Assembly (NCBI GenBank): GCA_963696225.1
Contig: CAVOJG010000007.1
Location: forward strand, 56,657-120,656
DNA from: an uncultured Actinomycetota bacterium
GTDB taxonomy: Bacteria; Actinomycetota; Actinomycetes; Actinomycetales; Micrococcaceae
DNA: 64,000 bases
Direction: 5' to 3'
Part shown: positions 9,776 to 19,727 of the stretch, one piece after another
Numbering within the stretch: position 1 is the stretch's first letter
Layout of the letters: every line of letters starts with the position of its first letter
Notes under the pieces: generated by a model
What the model saw: only the letters and a program-made list of their open reading frames with translations
Database searches by the model: none
Told to the model about the DNA's origin: nothing
Program-made: the position numbers and the translations under genes

Positions 9776-10379
9776 TCATGAACTGTTTCATCTAGATGAC
9801 TCTCATCGAATTCCTTGAGTATAAAGATTGAGGTTTCGAATCAGCCATAGTTCTCTTGCGTCTTTTACGTTCAATTATTAAGCCAAATGAACCCGCGCTT
9901 TTATGTTTGTCGAATACCAACTAGAAACTCGACTTGACTTGTGGCTCAATAAATTCATTCACCATTAAGTCGGGTTCTGTTCCACTTTTCTTAACCGTAG
10001 ATTCCGCTGCGCGGGCGCAGCCCTGAAGGACAAGAAACCTTCCCATATGCGTAATGACTTCGTTATTGTCGGCATTGCAGCATGGAGGATTCAATTGTGG
10101 GATATTGATCACTTATATCTCCCTGAAGGAAGTGAATTGCTTATTTCTGCAAGGAGTGGGGTATCTTTTGATTTGGTGTCGTAATCGGGATTATGGCGCC
10201 ACCGAGTATTGATCTTGGGGAATTTGTCAATACGCACATCAGCCACGGAATTCGAACGGTGCAAGGGGTTGCATCGGTTTTGCCGATAGCGGTCGGAATT
10301 CGTGCGACTTGGGGATGTTCCGCGCTTGCGGCACTCACTGAGTGATGTGCGCTGGAGTATTTTTGGGGGACTTGGGCCA

Positions 10380-11297
10380 ATGTTATGGTCATCGATTATT
10401 TCTGCAATTTTGGGGCTTGCCGCAGCGCTTATGCTGTCTTTACCGAGCCAACGACGACATCTGCAACGCCGCTTTCGCCGCGGTAATGAACTGATTCAAG
10501 TTCTGACCGTTGGCTCAATTATTCTTACCGCAGCCAATATCGCGGTCGCCACAGGACTTTGGAATGCCAGCGTTATCCGTGAGCCAGTCATTGGCATAAC
10601 GTTGATCTTTGCTTTTGCGATGAGCGGCTTTGTCGTTACGAATATAATTGCGCCGGAACTACCGCGGTCACAACGCCGAGTGGTGTTAGCTATCGGAGCT
10701 CATCCGGATGATCTAGAGATTGCCTGCGGCGCCAGTCTAGCGAAATTATCTGACGCCGGTCATGAAGTACATGTATTAGTCATGAGCAATGGCGCTGTCG
10801 GAGGAAATCAGAATATCCGTGCCACAGAGGCTATCCGCGGCGCCCATTTTATGGGGGCCAAAAGCGTAATCACTTGCAATCTTCCAGACACGAAACTCCT
10901 TGAATCAACCAACGAGATGGTTCAAGCAATCGAAGAGCGAATTAACTTGCTCAAGCCAGATGTGGTTTTCACTCACTCGGAACATGACCAGCATCAAGAC
11001 CATCACGCTGTGCACATGGCGACCCTTCGAGCGGCTCGGCGGCATTCATCAATTCTTTGTTATGAAAGCCCATCTGCAACCAGAAAGTTTAGCCCCGCAG
11101 TCTTTATCGACATTGCCGATTACCTTGGGGTGAAGATCAACGCGGTGGCGCAGCACCGAAACCAAAAAGGCAAGCCGTATATGAGCGAGGAAAACGTTCG
11201 AGGCATCGCTGCTTTTCGTGGAAATCAAGCAAAAACGCAGTATGCAGAGGGCTTTGAACCTGTGCGTCTGCTCAGCTCATCAGTAGGAGTGTTCTAA
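10380..11297 (+). CDS. PIG-L/LmbE-family N-deacetylase with N-terminal membrane anchor
   Basis: AIGAHPDDLEIACG and HQDH metal motifs; about three hydrophobic segments before the domain. Confidence 0.9.
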   Translation: MLWSSIISAILGLAAALMLSLPSQRRHLQRRFRRGNELIQVLTVGSIILTAANIAVATGLWNASVIREPVIGITLIFAFAMSGFVVTNIIAPELPRSQRRVVLAIGAHPDDLEIACGASLAKLSDAGHEVHVLVMSNGAVGGNQNIRATEAIRGAHFMGAKSVITCNLPDTKLLESTNEMVQAIEERINLLKPDVVFTHSEHDQHQDHHAVHMATLRAARRHSSILCYESPSATRKFSPAVFIDIADYLGVKINAVAQHRNQKGKPYMSEENVRGIAAFRGNQAKTQYAEGFEPVRLLSSSVGVF

Positions 11298-12191
11298 ATG
11301 CGGATTCTTATCACTGGGGCTAATGGCCCTGCCGGACTAGCACTTGGCGAGCAGCTTAAAAATAGCGAGCACATGGTCATCGGTGCCGATATGGACAACA
11401 GCCATAACGATTTCTACGAGATGATCGAGACCGTGCCCGCTGCCAGCGACCCGAACATGCTCGACCGACTTGCTCAGCTGATCGAGCAGTATCAGATCGA
11501 TGTTCTTATCCCCACAGTGAGTGACGAGCTGCCTATGGTTGCCCGGGCAGTCGATGAACAATTAGCCGGCTGTGTGGTTATGATTGGCGGCTTTGCGGCG
11601 GTAGAACTCGCTCATGACAAATGGCTGACCATGCAGGCTCTGGCGCGAAGTGGTGTGTCAATTCCAGCATCAGCCTTGCCAAGCCAATTTTCGAGTTTAG
11701 AGGCGGCTTGCGAGGAATTAGGGCAACCGTTGATACTCAAACCACGTGTGGCCCGTGGTGGTCGAGGAGTGCAGCTGCTCAATGCAGACTCGGACATCGA
11801 TTATGCAACCTTAGATAATTCCTGGTTACTACAGGAATTTGCTAGTGGTGAAGAATTTGCCCCGATGGTATTCAACGGTGGTGAACACGGGTTGCTATCG
11901 GTGGTCGTGCGTAAGACCGAGCTCAAACAGGGGCTCGTCGGGAACGCAGTAGATACAGTTCGGGTAGATTCAAGCGAAGCGAACGATGTCGCGGAATTGG
12001 CGCTTCGGGCAGTCCAAGGGCTTGACTTGGAATATCAAGCAGATCTGGATATTCGCCGTCGTTCCGATGGTGTTCCAGTCGTACTTGAAATTAACGCACG
12101 GTTTGGCGCAAATTCGCGTCGCGCTCCTGAACTCTTGGATACGGTACTCAACGTTGCAAACAAGTTGAGCACACTAGCGGAGAGCCGCTAG
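11298..12191 (+). CDS. ATP-grasp ligase
   Basis: DKW, ILKPRVARGGRGV, LQEFASGEEF, VLEINARFG. Confidence 0.9.
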   Translation: MRILITGANGPAGLALGEQLKNSEHMVIGADMDNSHNDFYEMIETVPAASDPNMLDRLAQLIEQYQIDVLIPTVSDELPMVARAVDEQLAGCVVMIGGFAAVELAHDKWLTMQALARSGVSIPASALPSQFSSLEAACEELGQPLILKPRVARGGRGVQLLNADSDIDYATLDNSWLLQEFASGEEFAPMVFNGGEHGLLSVVVRKTELKQGLVGNAVDTVRVDSSEANDVAELALRAVQGLDLEYQADLDIRRRSDGVPVVLEINARFGANSRRAPELLDTVLNVANKLSTLAESR

Positions 12192-13475
12192 ATGATGGAA
12201 TTTTTCGCTGGAATATTTGCTGATTCGCTGAATTCCGTCAGTATGGTCATTGTAGGGATCGTCATGATCGGTGGCGGGCTTATCTTGGGAATGGGGCTTA
12301 TTAAGCTCAGTTTCATTCCGATGTCGCTGGGTTTCGTGGCACGTGAGAGACGCAGGAACACGACTGGGAAACAAGAATTATTTGAGTCTCAGCCGCGAGT
12401 GAGCATCGTAGTTCCGGGATACAACGAGGCAGTAGTGATCTCCAATTGTGTCGAATCAATTCTTCTTAGTAACTATCCAGATTTTGAAGTGATTCTAGTT
12501 GATGACGGATCCACTGATGAAACGGCTGATCTGATGGATCAATGGGCCGCCTATGACGAGCGAGTATCGAGTATTTCGCAAACCAATAGCGGTAAAGGTG
12601 CTGCGCTGAATCGGGGATTTGCGGCCAGCACGGGAGAAGTGATTCTCTTCGTTGACGCCGACGGTATCTTCAGTGAAGAAACCATTAACGAGATGTTGCG
12701 CGGTTTCAACCACCCAAAGATTGGTGCCGTGTGCGGCGATGATCGCCCGGTGAACTTGAATACAATACAAACTCGGTTACTAACGGTGATCTCTCATTTG
12801 GGTACCGGTGTGGTTCGACGGGCTTTGGCACTCGTTGGTTGCTTACCGATTGTTTCGGGGAATTCTGGGGCATTCCTGCGCAGTGCGTTGGAAGCCGCGG
12901 GGGAACTGGATGAGGTCATCATTGGCGAGGACCTCGAATTGACCTGGCGCATTCACAAGGCCGGATATCAAGTGAACTTCGCGCCACGGGCATTGGTTTA
13001 TGCGGAATCTCCAAACACCTTGCGAGGATTGTGGAAACAACGCGTTCGGTGGGCTCGCGGATTGCTGCAGACCATTCGAATTCACCGCTCGATGCACGGT
13101 AATCCACGCCACGGGGTCTTTGGATTCTTCTTACTGTTCAACACCTTCAACATGGTGTTGATGCCGATAGTTCAATTGGTAGTACTGCTTTCGATTCCAG
13201 TGATGTTCTTATTGGGCAGTAACCCGATTGGTTCTGGAATTCTGGGTATCTTGGCTTGGCTGGGAATTTTGGTGTCGGTATTGCTGTGTGTGTATGCAAT
13301 CCTGTTGAATCGGGCAGCCCCAGATCTTCGGCACCTCTGGACGATCCCACTCTGGCCAATTTATTCGGTATTTATTGGTCTGACAATGTTGAGCGCGTTG
13401 TTTAAAGAAATAACGAGCAAGCCGGCTGACTGGGATAAATTAGAACGAAGTGGAGTCGTGTCTGTCGGCCGGTAA
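12192..13475 (+). CDS. Processive GT2 glycosyltransferase (PgaC/IcaA-like)
   Basis: VPGYNE, VDDGSTD, GKGAALN, VDAD, GEDLEL, QRVRW, flanking TM helices. Confidence 0.9.
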   Translation: MMEFFAGIFADSLNSVSMVIVGIVMIGGGLILGMGLIKLSFIPMSLGFVARERRRNTTGKQELFESQPRVSIVVPGYNEAVVISNCVESILLSNYPDFEVILVDDGSTDETADLMDQWAAYDERVSSISQTNSGKGAALNRGFAASTGEVILFVDADGIFSEETINEMLRGFNHPKIGAVCGDDRPVNLNTIQTRLLTVISHLGTGVVRRALALVGCLPIVSGNSGAFLRSALEAAGELDEVIIGEDLELTWRIHKAGYQVNFAPRALVYAESPNTLRGLWKQRVRWARGLLQTIRIHRSMHGNPRHGVFGFFLLFNTFNMVLMPIVQLVVLLSIPVMFLLGSNPIGSGILGILAWLGILVSVLLCVYAILLNRAAPDLRHLWTIPLWPIYSVFIGLTMLSALFKEITSKPADWDKLERSGVVSVGR

Positions 13476-13607
13476 GGCTGGAGCACATGAGCTTCACGGC
13501 TAACGTGTCCTGTAGCTGCGCGCGCAAAATAACTTATTACTTACTGACAGATCTCCTCGAGGCGTGGTTTTGTAGAGATTTTTCTTCTCCACTGGGCGAA
13601 GCTTCTA

Positions 13608-14102
13608 TCACCGTTTGGCTACTAGGTCGTGAGCCAGCGAGAGCTCGATGAGTTTAGTGGTGCGATAAGGAACTAGTTCAGCCATGGACAATGCCGAATC
13701 GGCGCGGTTGACCCCTTCGATGCTCAGCAGCAACCCGTGTACGCGAAAAAGCTCTTCGGCGTTGGCGGCTGCCGCGCGCACCAGAATATCCGCCGAACCG
13801 GTTAGTCCATGGGCCTCCAGCACCTCGGGGATCTGCTCCAGCTTTGTGGCAATCTCCTCCAGGTGGCGTTGATCGACATGCAGTTCGATAAAGGACAGCA
13901 AGCCAAATCCAAGAGCCGTCGGCGGGATGCGCCGATCAATGGGGGATAAGACCTCCACTTCCAAGCGATTGAGCCTTGACTGCACGGTATTTCTGCCCAA
14001 GCCAAGAGCTGTTGCCAGCGAGGAAGCCGTTCTTCGGGTGAGCTTTGACAGCGAGAGCAGGATTCGCCGGTCTGTGGTGTCTAAAGGTTGCATAATGCGC
14101 AC
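13608..14102 (-). CDS. Lrp/AsnC-family regulator (BkdR-like)
   Basis: LDTTDRRIL HTH and IPEVLEAHGLTGSADIL; divergent from the bkd operon. Confidence 0.9.
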   Translation of the reverse strand: MRIMQPLDTTDRRILLSLSKLTRRTASSLATALGLGRNTVQSRLNRLEVEVLSPIDRRIPPTALGFGLLSFIELHVDQRHLEEIATKLEQIPEVLEAHGLTGSADILVRAAAANAEELFRVHGLLLSIEGVNRADSALSMAELVPYRTTKLIELSLAHDLVAKR

Positions 14103-14245
14103 ATTAGCACCGACGTATCCGGCAGGATAGTGCGTTTTGCTTTATTTCCTTTCTTGCCATTGTGCAACTTGCGCCATGTGAGTAGCATCACAGGTAAGTG
14201 GTCGCGCTGAATTAGCCGGTCACCACTGACTACGCGAGAGTAAGG

Positions 14246-15364
14246 ATGCCGATCGTGTCCACCCAGCACATCGACGTAGCCGCCGGATGCCTACCCACGC
14301 ACCAGCTGCTCAACGTTTCTGGAGAACGAACTCCGGACGAAGAACTAGATCACCATCTGACCGGGCTCACCGAACAAGACCTGGCGGATTTCCTGCGCGA
14401 CATGGTTGTGCTGCGCCGCCTGGATAATGAAGCCACCGCGCTGCAACGCCAAGGGCAGCTAGGCCTCTGGGCCCCTCTGCTGGGCCAGGAAGCAGCCCAA
14501 ATCGGATCGGTGCGCGCCACCGAGAACACCGACTTCATTTTCCCCTCATACCGCGAACACGGAGTTGCCTGGGCCCGAGGAGTCAAAGCCGAGGATCTGC
14601 TCAGCGTCTGGCGCGGTGCCACGGCCAGTGGCTGGGACCCTCATGAGGTAAATATTGCTTGCCAGCAGATTGTCATCGGATCCCAGGCATTGCACGCCGC
14701 CGGATATGGCATGGGCATCAAATTTGATGGTGGCAAAGAAGTTGCCGTGGCTTACTTCGGGGACGGGGCAACCAGCCAGGGCGACGTCAACGAAGCGCTG
14801 GTCTTCGCCGCTAGCTATCAGGCGCCGGTGCTGTTCTTCTGCCAGAACAACCAGTGGGCCATCTCCGAGCCGGTCGGCTTGCAAAGCCGCACGCAGATCG
14901 CTGACCGAGCCAGTGGATTCGGGGTCAAAACCTGGCGGGTGGACGGCAATGACGTACTCGCGGTTTATGCGGCGACCAAGGCCGCATTGGCACATGCTCG
15001 GCACGGACTGGGTCCAACCTTCATCGAGGCAGTGACCTACCGGATGGGTTCGCATACTACCGCCGATGATCCCACTCGCTACCGGAAGAATGAGCAGGTC
15101 GAACAGTGGCGTGCCAAGGATCCTATTGATCGATTGGTCAACCACCTGACGGTGCTCGGCGCAGATGTGCAGTCCTACCAGCAGCGAGCCCAGAATGCAG
15201 CGGACAAACTCGCTGCCGAGCTGCGCGAGGCAATCACCACGATGCCCGATCCCGAACCGCATGAACTTTTTGACCATGTGTATGCCGAAGAACATGAACC
15301 AAGCCGCAGGGAGCGGGACACCTACCTGCAGTATCTGGCCAACTTCCAGGATGGTGGACTATGA
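14246..15364 (+). CDS. bkdA: 2-oxo-acid (probably branched-chain) dehydrogenase E1 alpha
   Basis: YFGDGATSQGD...NNQWAIS TPP motif; YRMGSHTTADDP. Confidence 0.9.
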   Translation: MPIVSTQHIDVAAGCLPTHQLLNVSGERTPDEELDHHLTGLTEQDLADFLRDMVVLRRLDNEATALQRQGQLGLWAPLLGQEAAQIGSVRATENTDFIFPSYREHGVAWARGVKAEDLLSVWRGATASGWDPHEVNIACQQIVIGSQALHAAGYGMGIKFDGGKEVAVAYFGDGATSQGDVNEALVFAASYQAPVLFFCQNNQWAISEPVGLQSRTQIADRASGFGVKTWRVDGNDVLAVYAATKAALAHARHGLGPTFIEAVTYRMGSHTTADDPTRYRKNEQVEQWRAKDPIDRLVNHLTVLGADVQSYQQRAQNAADKLAAELREAITTMPDPEPHELFDHVYAEEHEPSRRERDTYLQYLANFQDGGL

Positions 15365-16362
15365 GCGTTTCAATGATGAAGGCGCTGAACCAGTCCTTGC
15401 GTGACGCATTGACCGAAGACGAAAAGGTCATACTGCTCGGCGAAGACATTGGCACCCTCGGCGGCGTATTCCGTATTACCGACGGGCTGAAAGCCGAATT
15501 CGGTGAGCATCGGGTGGTTGACACACCACTTGCCGAGTCCGGGATCGTCGGTAGCGCCATCGGTTTGGCCTACCGCGGTTACCGTCCAGTGGTGGAGATC
15601 CAATTCGATGGATTCACCTACCCCGCCTTTGACCAGCTGGTTTCACAACTGGCAAAGATGCACTTCCGTTCCCGTGGCCGGGTGAAAATGCCGGTGACCG
15701 TGCGTATTCCATATGGCGGCGGAATCGGCTCACCGGAACACCACTCGGAATCTCCGGAGGCCTATTTCTCCCACACCGCGGGATTGCGGGTTTTTGCACC
15801 CTCCAGCGTGGAAGATGCCTACGTGATGTTGCGTCAGGCGATCGCTTGCGACGATCCGGTGATCTTCTTTGAACCCAAACGCCGGTATCACGAAAAAGCG
15901 GACATTGAGCTAAGCACCCCAGAGCAGACCGGTTCACCCAAGGCAAAGGTGCTCCATCAAGGAAACGACGTGACGGTGGTGGGATATGGCCCCACCGTTT
16001 ATACCCTCAATGATGCGGTGCTGGCAGCCGAAGACGAAGGCGTGAGCCTGGAGGTCATTGACCTACGCTGCCTGGATCCTTTGGACCTGGACACGGTCGC
16101 CGAATCGGTCAAGCACACCGGAAAACTTGTGGTGGTCCATGAAGCGAGCAGGACCTCAGGAATCGGTGCGGAGATCTGCGCTCAGATCACCGAGACCTGT
16201 TTCGACTATCTGGAGCATGCACCATTGCGCGTGACTGGATTTGATATTCCGTATCCACCTTCACGGCTCGAATCCCATCATTTGCCAGACCTGGACAAAG
16301 TGATGCATGCCGTGGACACGGTCATGCGCCGCAACGAGACACACGCCGGAGGTGCCAAGTGA
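15361..16362 (+). CDS. bkdB: 2-oxo-acid dehydrogenase E1 beta
   Basis: GEDIGTLGGVFR, DTPLAESGI, EHHSESPE. Confidence 0.9.
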   Translation: MSVSMMKALNQSLRDALTEDEKVILLGEDIGTLGGVFRITDGLKAEFGEHRVVDTPLAESGIVGSAIGLAYRGYRPVVEIQFDGFTYPAFDQLVSQLAKMHFRSRGRVKMPVTVRIPYGGGIGSPEHHSESPEAYFSHTAGLRVFAPSSVEDAYVMLRQAIACDDPVIFFEPKRRYHEKADIELSTPEQTGSPKAKVLHQGNDVTVVGYGPTVYTLNDAVLAAEDEGVSLEVIDLRCLDPLDLDTVAESVKHTGKLVVVHEASRTSGIGAEICAQITETCFDYLEHAPLRVTGFDIPYPPSRLESHHLPDLDKVMHAVDTVMRRNETHAGGAK

Positions 16363-17702
16363 TGGCTCCCAATACTTTCAAGTTGCCAGACCTCGGTGAA
16401 GGGCTCACCGAGTCCGAAGTTTTGAACTGGAAAATTCAGGTAGGCGAGCATGTCGCGCTGAACCAGATCATCGCCGAGGTGGAAACCGCGAAGGCAGTCG
16501 TTGAGCTGCCCTCGCCATTTGCCGGAATTGTGCAGAAACTGCATGCCTCCGCCGGCGAGGTAGTCCCCGTGGGCGGACCACTGGTGACCTTTGGAGATGA
16601 GGCAGCAGAATCTGATACCGGGAATCCACGCGGAGAAAGCGGCGACGCGGGATCCGGGGACCGGACTCCGACCCTGGTTGGCTATGGCGCTCCTGCAACC
16701 AGTGGACATCGCCCGGCTCGCCGTGGACGCGCGTCGCAGAACCAGCCTTCGGCTACCGTACTGCCAGCGGCAACGCCCCAGGCATCGGCTCACAACTCAC
16801 AGGCCGAGGATAGCGGCGCTCGCCGAACCGCCACTCGCAGCACACCGCCGGTGCGCAAGCTGGCCCGGGATCATGGCATCGAGATTTCCTCGGTGCGCGG
16901 AACCGGTGCCGACGGCGCGGTGCTGCGTGCCGATATTGAGGCCCTGATTGGTGCTCCGCAGCAGGACACGCAGCCAGAGCCTGCAACGACGGGAACAGTG
17001 GCGGGCGACCGCCGGGTAAAGATCAGTGCGGTGCGCCGCGCGACGGCTAAGGCCATGGTCGACTCGGCTTTCACCGCCCCGCACGCCACCGAATTCCTTA
17101 CCGTGGATCTGACCGAGTCGATGCAGCTTGTCGAGAAGCTGCGCAAGCATCCGTTGCTCAAGGACGTGAAGCTCAACATCACGACACTGACTTCGTTGAT
17201 CGTCACCCGTTTGCTGGGTACCTACCGCGCGCTGAACTCGCGGTGGGATGCGGCAAATGACGAAATCGTTGAGTTCGGCTCGGTGCATTTGGGTATGGCT
17301 GTGGCCAGTGATCGTGGACTGCTGGTGCCGGTGGTCAAAGATGCGCAGTCAAAGTCGTTGCGTGATTTAGCCGAAGAGCTCACGCAAATCATTGAATTGG
17401 GCAGGGCAGGGAAGCTCTCGCCGGCGCAACTTAGCGGTGGAACGTTCTCGATTACGAACGTTGGAGTGTTTGGCGTGGACGCCGGCACCCCGATTCTTCC
17501 TCCGGGCCAGTCCGGAATTCTTGCCCTTGGACAGGTCAAGCGCCGTCCGTGGGAGTTCGAGGATCAAGTGGCCTTGCGTCACACCTCAACGTTGGCGCTG
17601 TCCTTCGATCATCGCGTTGTCGATGGCAAGGAAGCTAGCGAGTTCCTTGCTGGCGTCGGCGCAGTGCTGGAGGACCCTGGGATGATGAATATTTTTATTT
17701 GA
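16359..17702 (+). CDS. bkdC: Dihydrolipoamide acyltransferase E2
   Basis: Lipoyl domain EVETAKA, E3-binding PPVRKLA, catalytic DHRVVDG. Confidence 0.9.
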   Translation: MMAPNTFKLPDLGEGLTESEVLNWKIQVGEHVALNQIIAEVETAKAVVELPSPFAGIVQKLHASAGEVVPVGGPLVTFGDEAAESDTGNPRGESGDAGSGDRTPTLVGYGAPATSGHRPARRGRASQNQPSATVLPAATPQASAHNSQAEDSGARRTATRSTPPVRKLARDHGIEISSVRGTGADGAVLRADIEALIGAPQQDTQPEPATTGTVAGDRRVKISAVRRATAKAMVDSAFTAPHATEFLTVDLTESMQLVEKLRKHPLLKDVKLNITTLTSLIVTRLLGTYRALNSRWDAANDEIVEFGSVHLGMAVASDRGLLVPVVKDAQSKSLRDLAEELTQIIELGRAGKLSPAQLSGGTFSITNVGVFGVDAGTPILPPGQSGILALGQVKRRPWEFEDQVALRHTSTLALSFDHRVVDGKEASEFLAGVGAVLEDPGMMNIFI

Positions 17703-17899
17703 TTCCATGGTTGCTTCATGTCTTGAAAATTAGAATATCTGGTTGATCAGATCGACCTCAAGTACTACTTTCATATTTATTCATTGGTTGTTTCGCAATA
17801 TTTGATGTAATCTCGTTCACTACGTGCTATAGCTCACTTTCGAGGCGCACGGCATCTGTGAATTGCAGAAGCAGCAACGAACTTTTGAGGAGAAGAAAG

Positions 17900-19540
17900 A
17901 TGCGATACTCGCACGCATCGAAGGCGCTGGTTTTGTCCGCTGCCTTGGCATTGACACTAACCGCCTGTGGCGGAGGGACCCCGGAGGAATCTGCCAACGG
18001 CGGTTCCGAGGGCGATGCCACCAAGGTCATCACCGCTAACACCACCGAACCACAGAACGGCCTATTGCCGGCAAACACCAACGAAGTTGGTGGCGGCCGT
18101 GTGATGGACCTGATCTTCACCGGGCTGGTCAGCTATGACGCCAAGGGCAAGCCTGTTAACGAGATCGCGGAATCGATTGAAACAACAGATTCCCAGAACT
18201 ACACCATCAAGCTCGTTCCAGGTCACACCTTCTCCGACGGCTCCCCAGTCACCGCTGCTTCATTCGTAGATGCCTGGAACTTCGGTGCAGCCGCTAAGAA
18301 CGCGCAGTTGAACTCCTACTTCTTCGAATCCATCAAGGGTTACAAAGAAGTCAGCGCTGAGAATGCGAAGACCGAGAAGATGGAAGGGTTGAAGATTGTC
18401 GATGACAATACCTTCACCGTTGAACTGAGCCAGCCGGAGTCTGACTTCCCGCTGCGTCTTGGCTACACCGCCTTCATGCCGCTTCCAGAAGCAGCCTTCA
18501 AAGATCCAAAGGCCTACGGCGAAGCACCTGTCAGCAACGGACCATACAAGTTGGCGGAGTGGAACCACGACGTCAACCTGAAGCTCGAAGTCAACGAATC
18601 CTACGAGGGACCACGTAAGGCCGCTAACGGCGGTATCGACTTCAAGGTCTACCAGTCCACGGAGTCCGCATACCAGGACATCATGGCCGGCAACTTGGAC
18701 GTACTGGACCAGATCCCACCATCAGCACTGGCCAACTACCAGTCCGATCTGGGTGACCGTTCGGTCAACGCACCTTACGCAGGTAACGCAACCATCACCA
18801 TCTCCGGCTACTTGGATCACTTCAAGCAGGGCGAAGAAGGCAACCTGCGTCGTGCAGCGATCTCTCGCTCCATTGACCGTCAGCAGATCATCGACAAGGT
18901 GTACTTCGGCGGCAAGGTCAAGGCCGAAGAATTCACCGCACCGGTGCTCGAAGGCTACAGTGCCGATATCCCGGGCAGTGAAGTTCTCGACTTCGATGCC
19001 GATGCAGCCAAAAAGCTGTGGGATGAAGCCAACGCCATTGAAAACTGGGATGATTCCGAAGAATTCTCCATCGGCTACAACGTTGATGGCGCCGGCAACA
19101 AGGAATTCGTCGAAGCTGTAGCCAACCAGGTCAAGAACACCCTGGGTATCAATGCTGTCGCCAAGCCTTACACCTCCTTCAAGGCGTTGCGCGATGACGT
19201 TACCAAGAAGAAGATGACCGGCGCACACCGCTCCGGTTGGCAGGCAGACTACCCATCGATGTACAACTTCCTCGGCGCCCTGTACGGCACCGGAGCAGGT
19301 TCCAACGATGGCGATTACTCGAACAAGGAATTCGACGACAAGCTCAAGGAAGGTCTCGCCGCAACCGATCCGGCCGAAGGCGCAAAGATCTTCAACGAGT
19401 CGCAGGAAATCCTTTTCAAGGATCTGCCAGCTATTCCACTGTGGTACCAGGCAGTCCAGGGCGGCTGGAGCGAGAACGTTTCAAACGTCGAGTTCGGTTG
19501 GAACGGTGTTCCAATCTACAACGCCATCACCGGCAAATAG
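17900..19540 (+). CDS. oppA: Peptide ABC transporter substrate-binding lipoprotein (family 5)
   Basis: Lipobox LTAC, FSDGSPVTA, GPYKL, GWQADYP. Confidence 0.9.
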   Translation: MRYSHASKALVLSAALALTLTACGGGTPEESANGGSEGDATKVITANTTEPQNGLLPANTNEVGGGRVMDLIFTGLVSYDAKGKPVNEIAESIETTDSQNYTIKLVPGHTFSDGSPVTAASFVDAWNFGAAAKNAQLNSYFFESIKGYKEVSAENAKTEKMEGLKIVDDNTFTVELSQPESDFPLRLGYTAFMPLPEAAFKDPKAYGEAPVSNGPYKLAEWNHDVNLKLEVNESYEGPRKAANGGIDFKVYQSTESAYQDIMAGNLDVLDQIPPSALANYQSDLGDRSVNAPYAGNATITISGYLDHFKQGEEGNLRRAAISRSIDRQQIIDKVYFGGKVKAEEFTAPVLEGYSADIPGSEVLDFDADAAKKLWDEANAIENWDDSEEFSIGYNVDGAGNKEFVEAVANQVKNTLGINAVAKPYTSFKALRDDVTKKKMTGAHRSGWQADYPSMYNFLGALYGTGAGSNDGDYSNKEFDDKLKEGLAATDPAEGAKIFNESQEILFKDLPAIPLWYQAVQGGWSENVSNVEFGWNGVPIYNAITGK

Positions 19541-19590
19541 ATTCACTAGCTAAGTCGCCTAGTCAGGTTCGACTCAGTTGAAAACGTCTC

Positions 19591-19622
19591 AGGGAGACCC
19601 GGCAACATCAGGGTCTCCCTTT
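19591..19622 (+). terminator. Hairpin after the binding-protein gene
   Basis: AGGGAGACCC...GGGTCTCCCT followed by T-run. Confidence 0.75.
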
Positions 19623-19727
19623 GGCGTGTCAGTCCTCCCTCTCTATCTGAACGTCTGGTTTGTGCCGACGGAAAGAGGAAATAAAAATGGCCACGTGCCT
19701 TGCAACGTCTCGAGGTGAGACGCACTC

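Noticed and set aside
13487-13651. Short ORF with GGAG right after the GT2 gene, a possible fourth operon gene
   Set aside because: RBS spacing is only 3 nt, it overlaps the convergent Lrp gene, and it has no recognisable motif
14246-17702. E1/E1/E2 operon lacking an E3 (lpd) gene
   Set aside because: Normal for actinobacterial bkd operons; E3 is shared and encoded elsewhere
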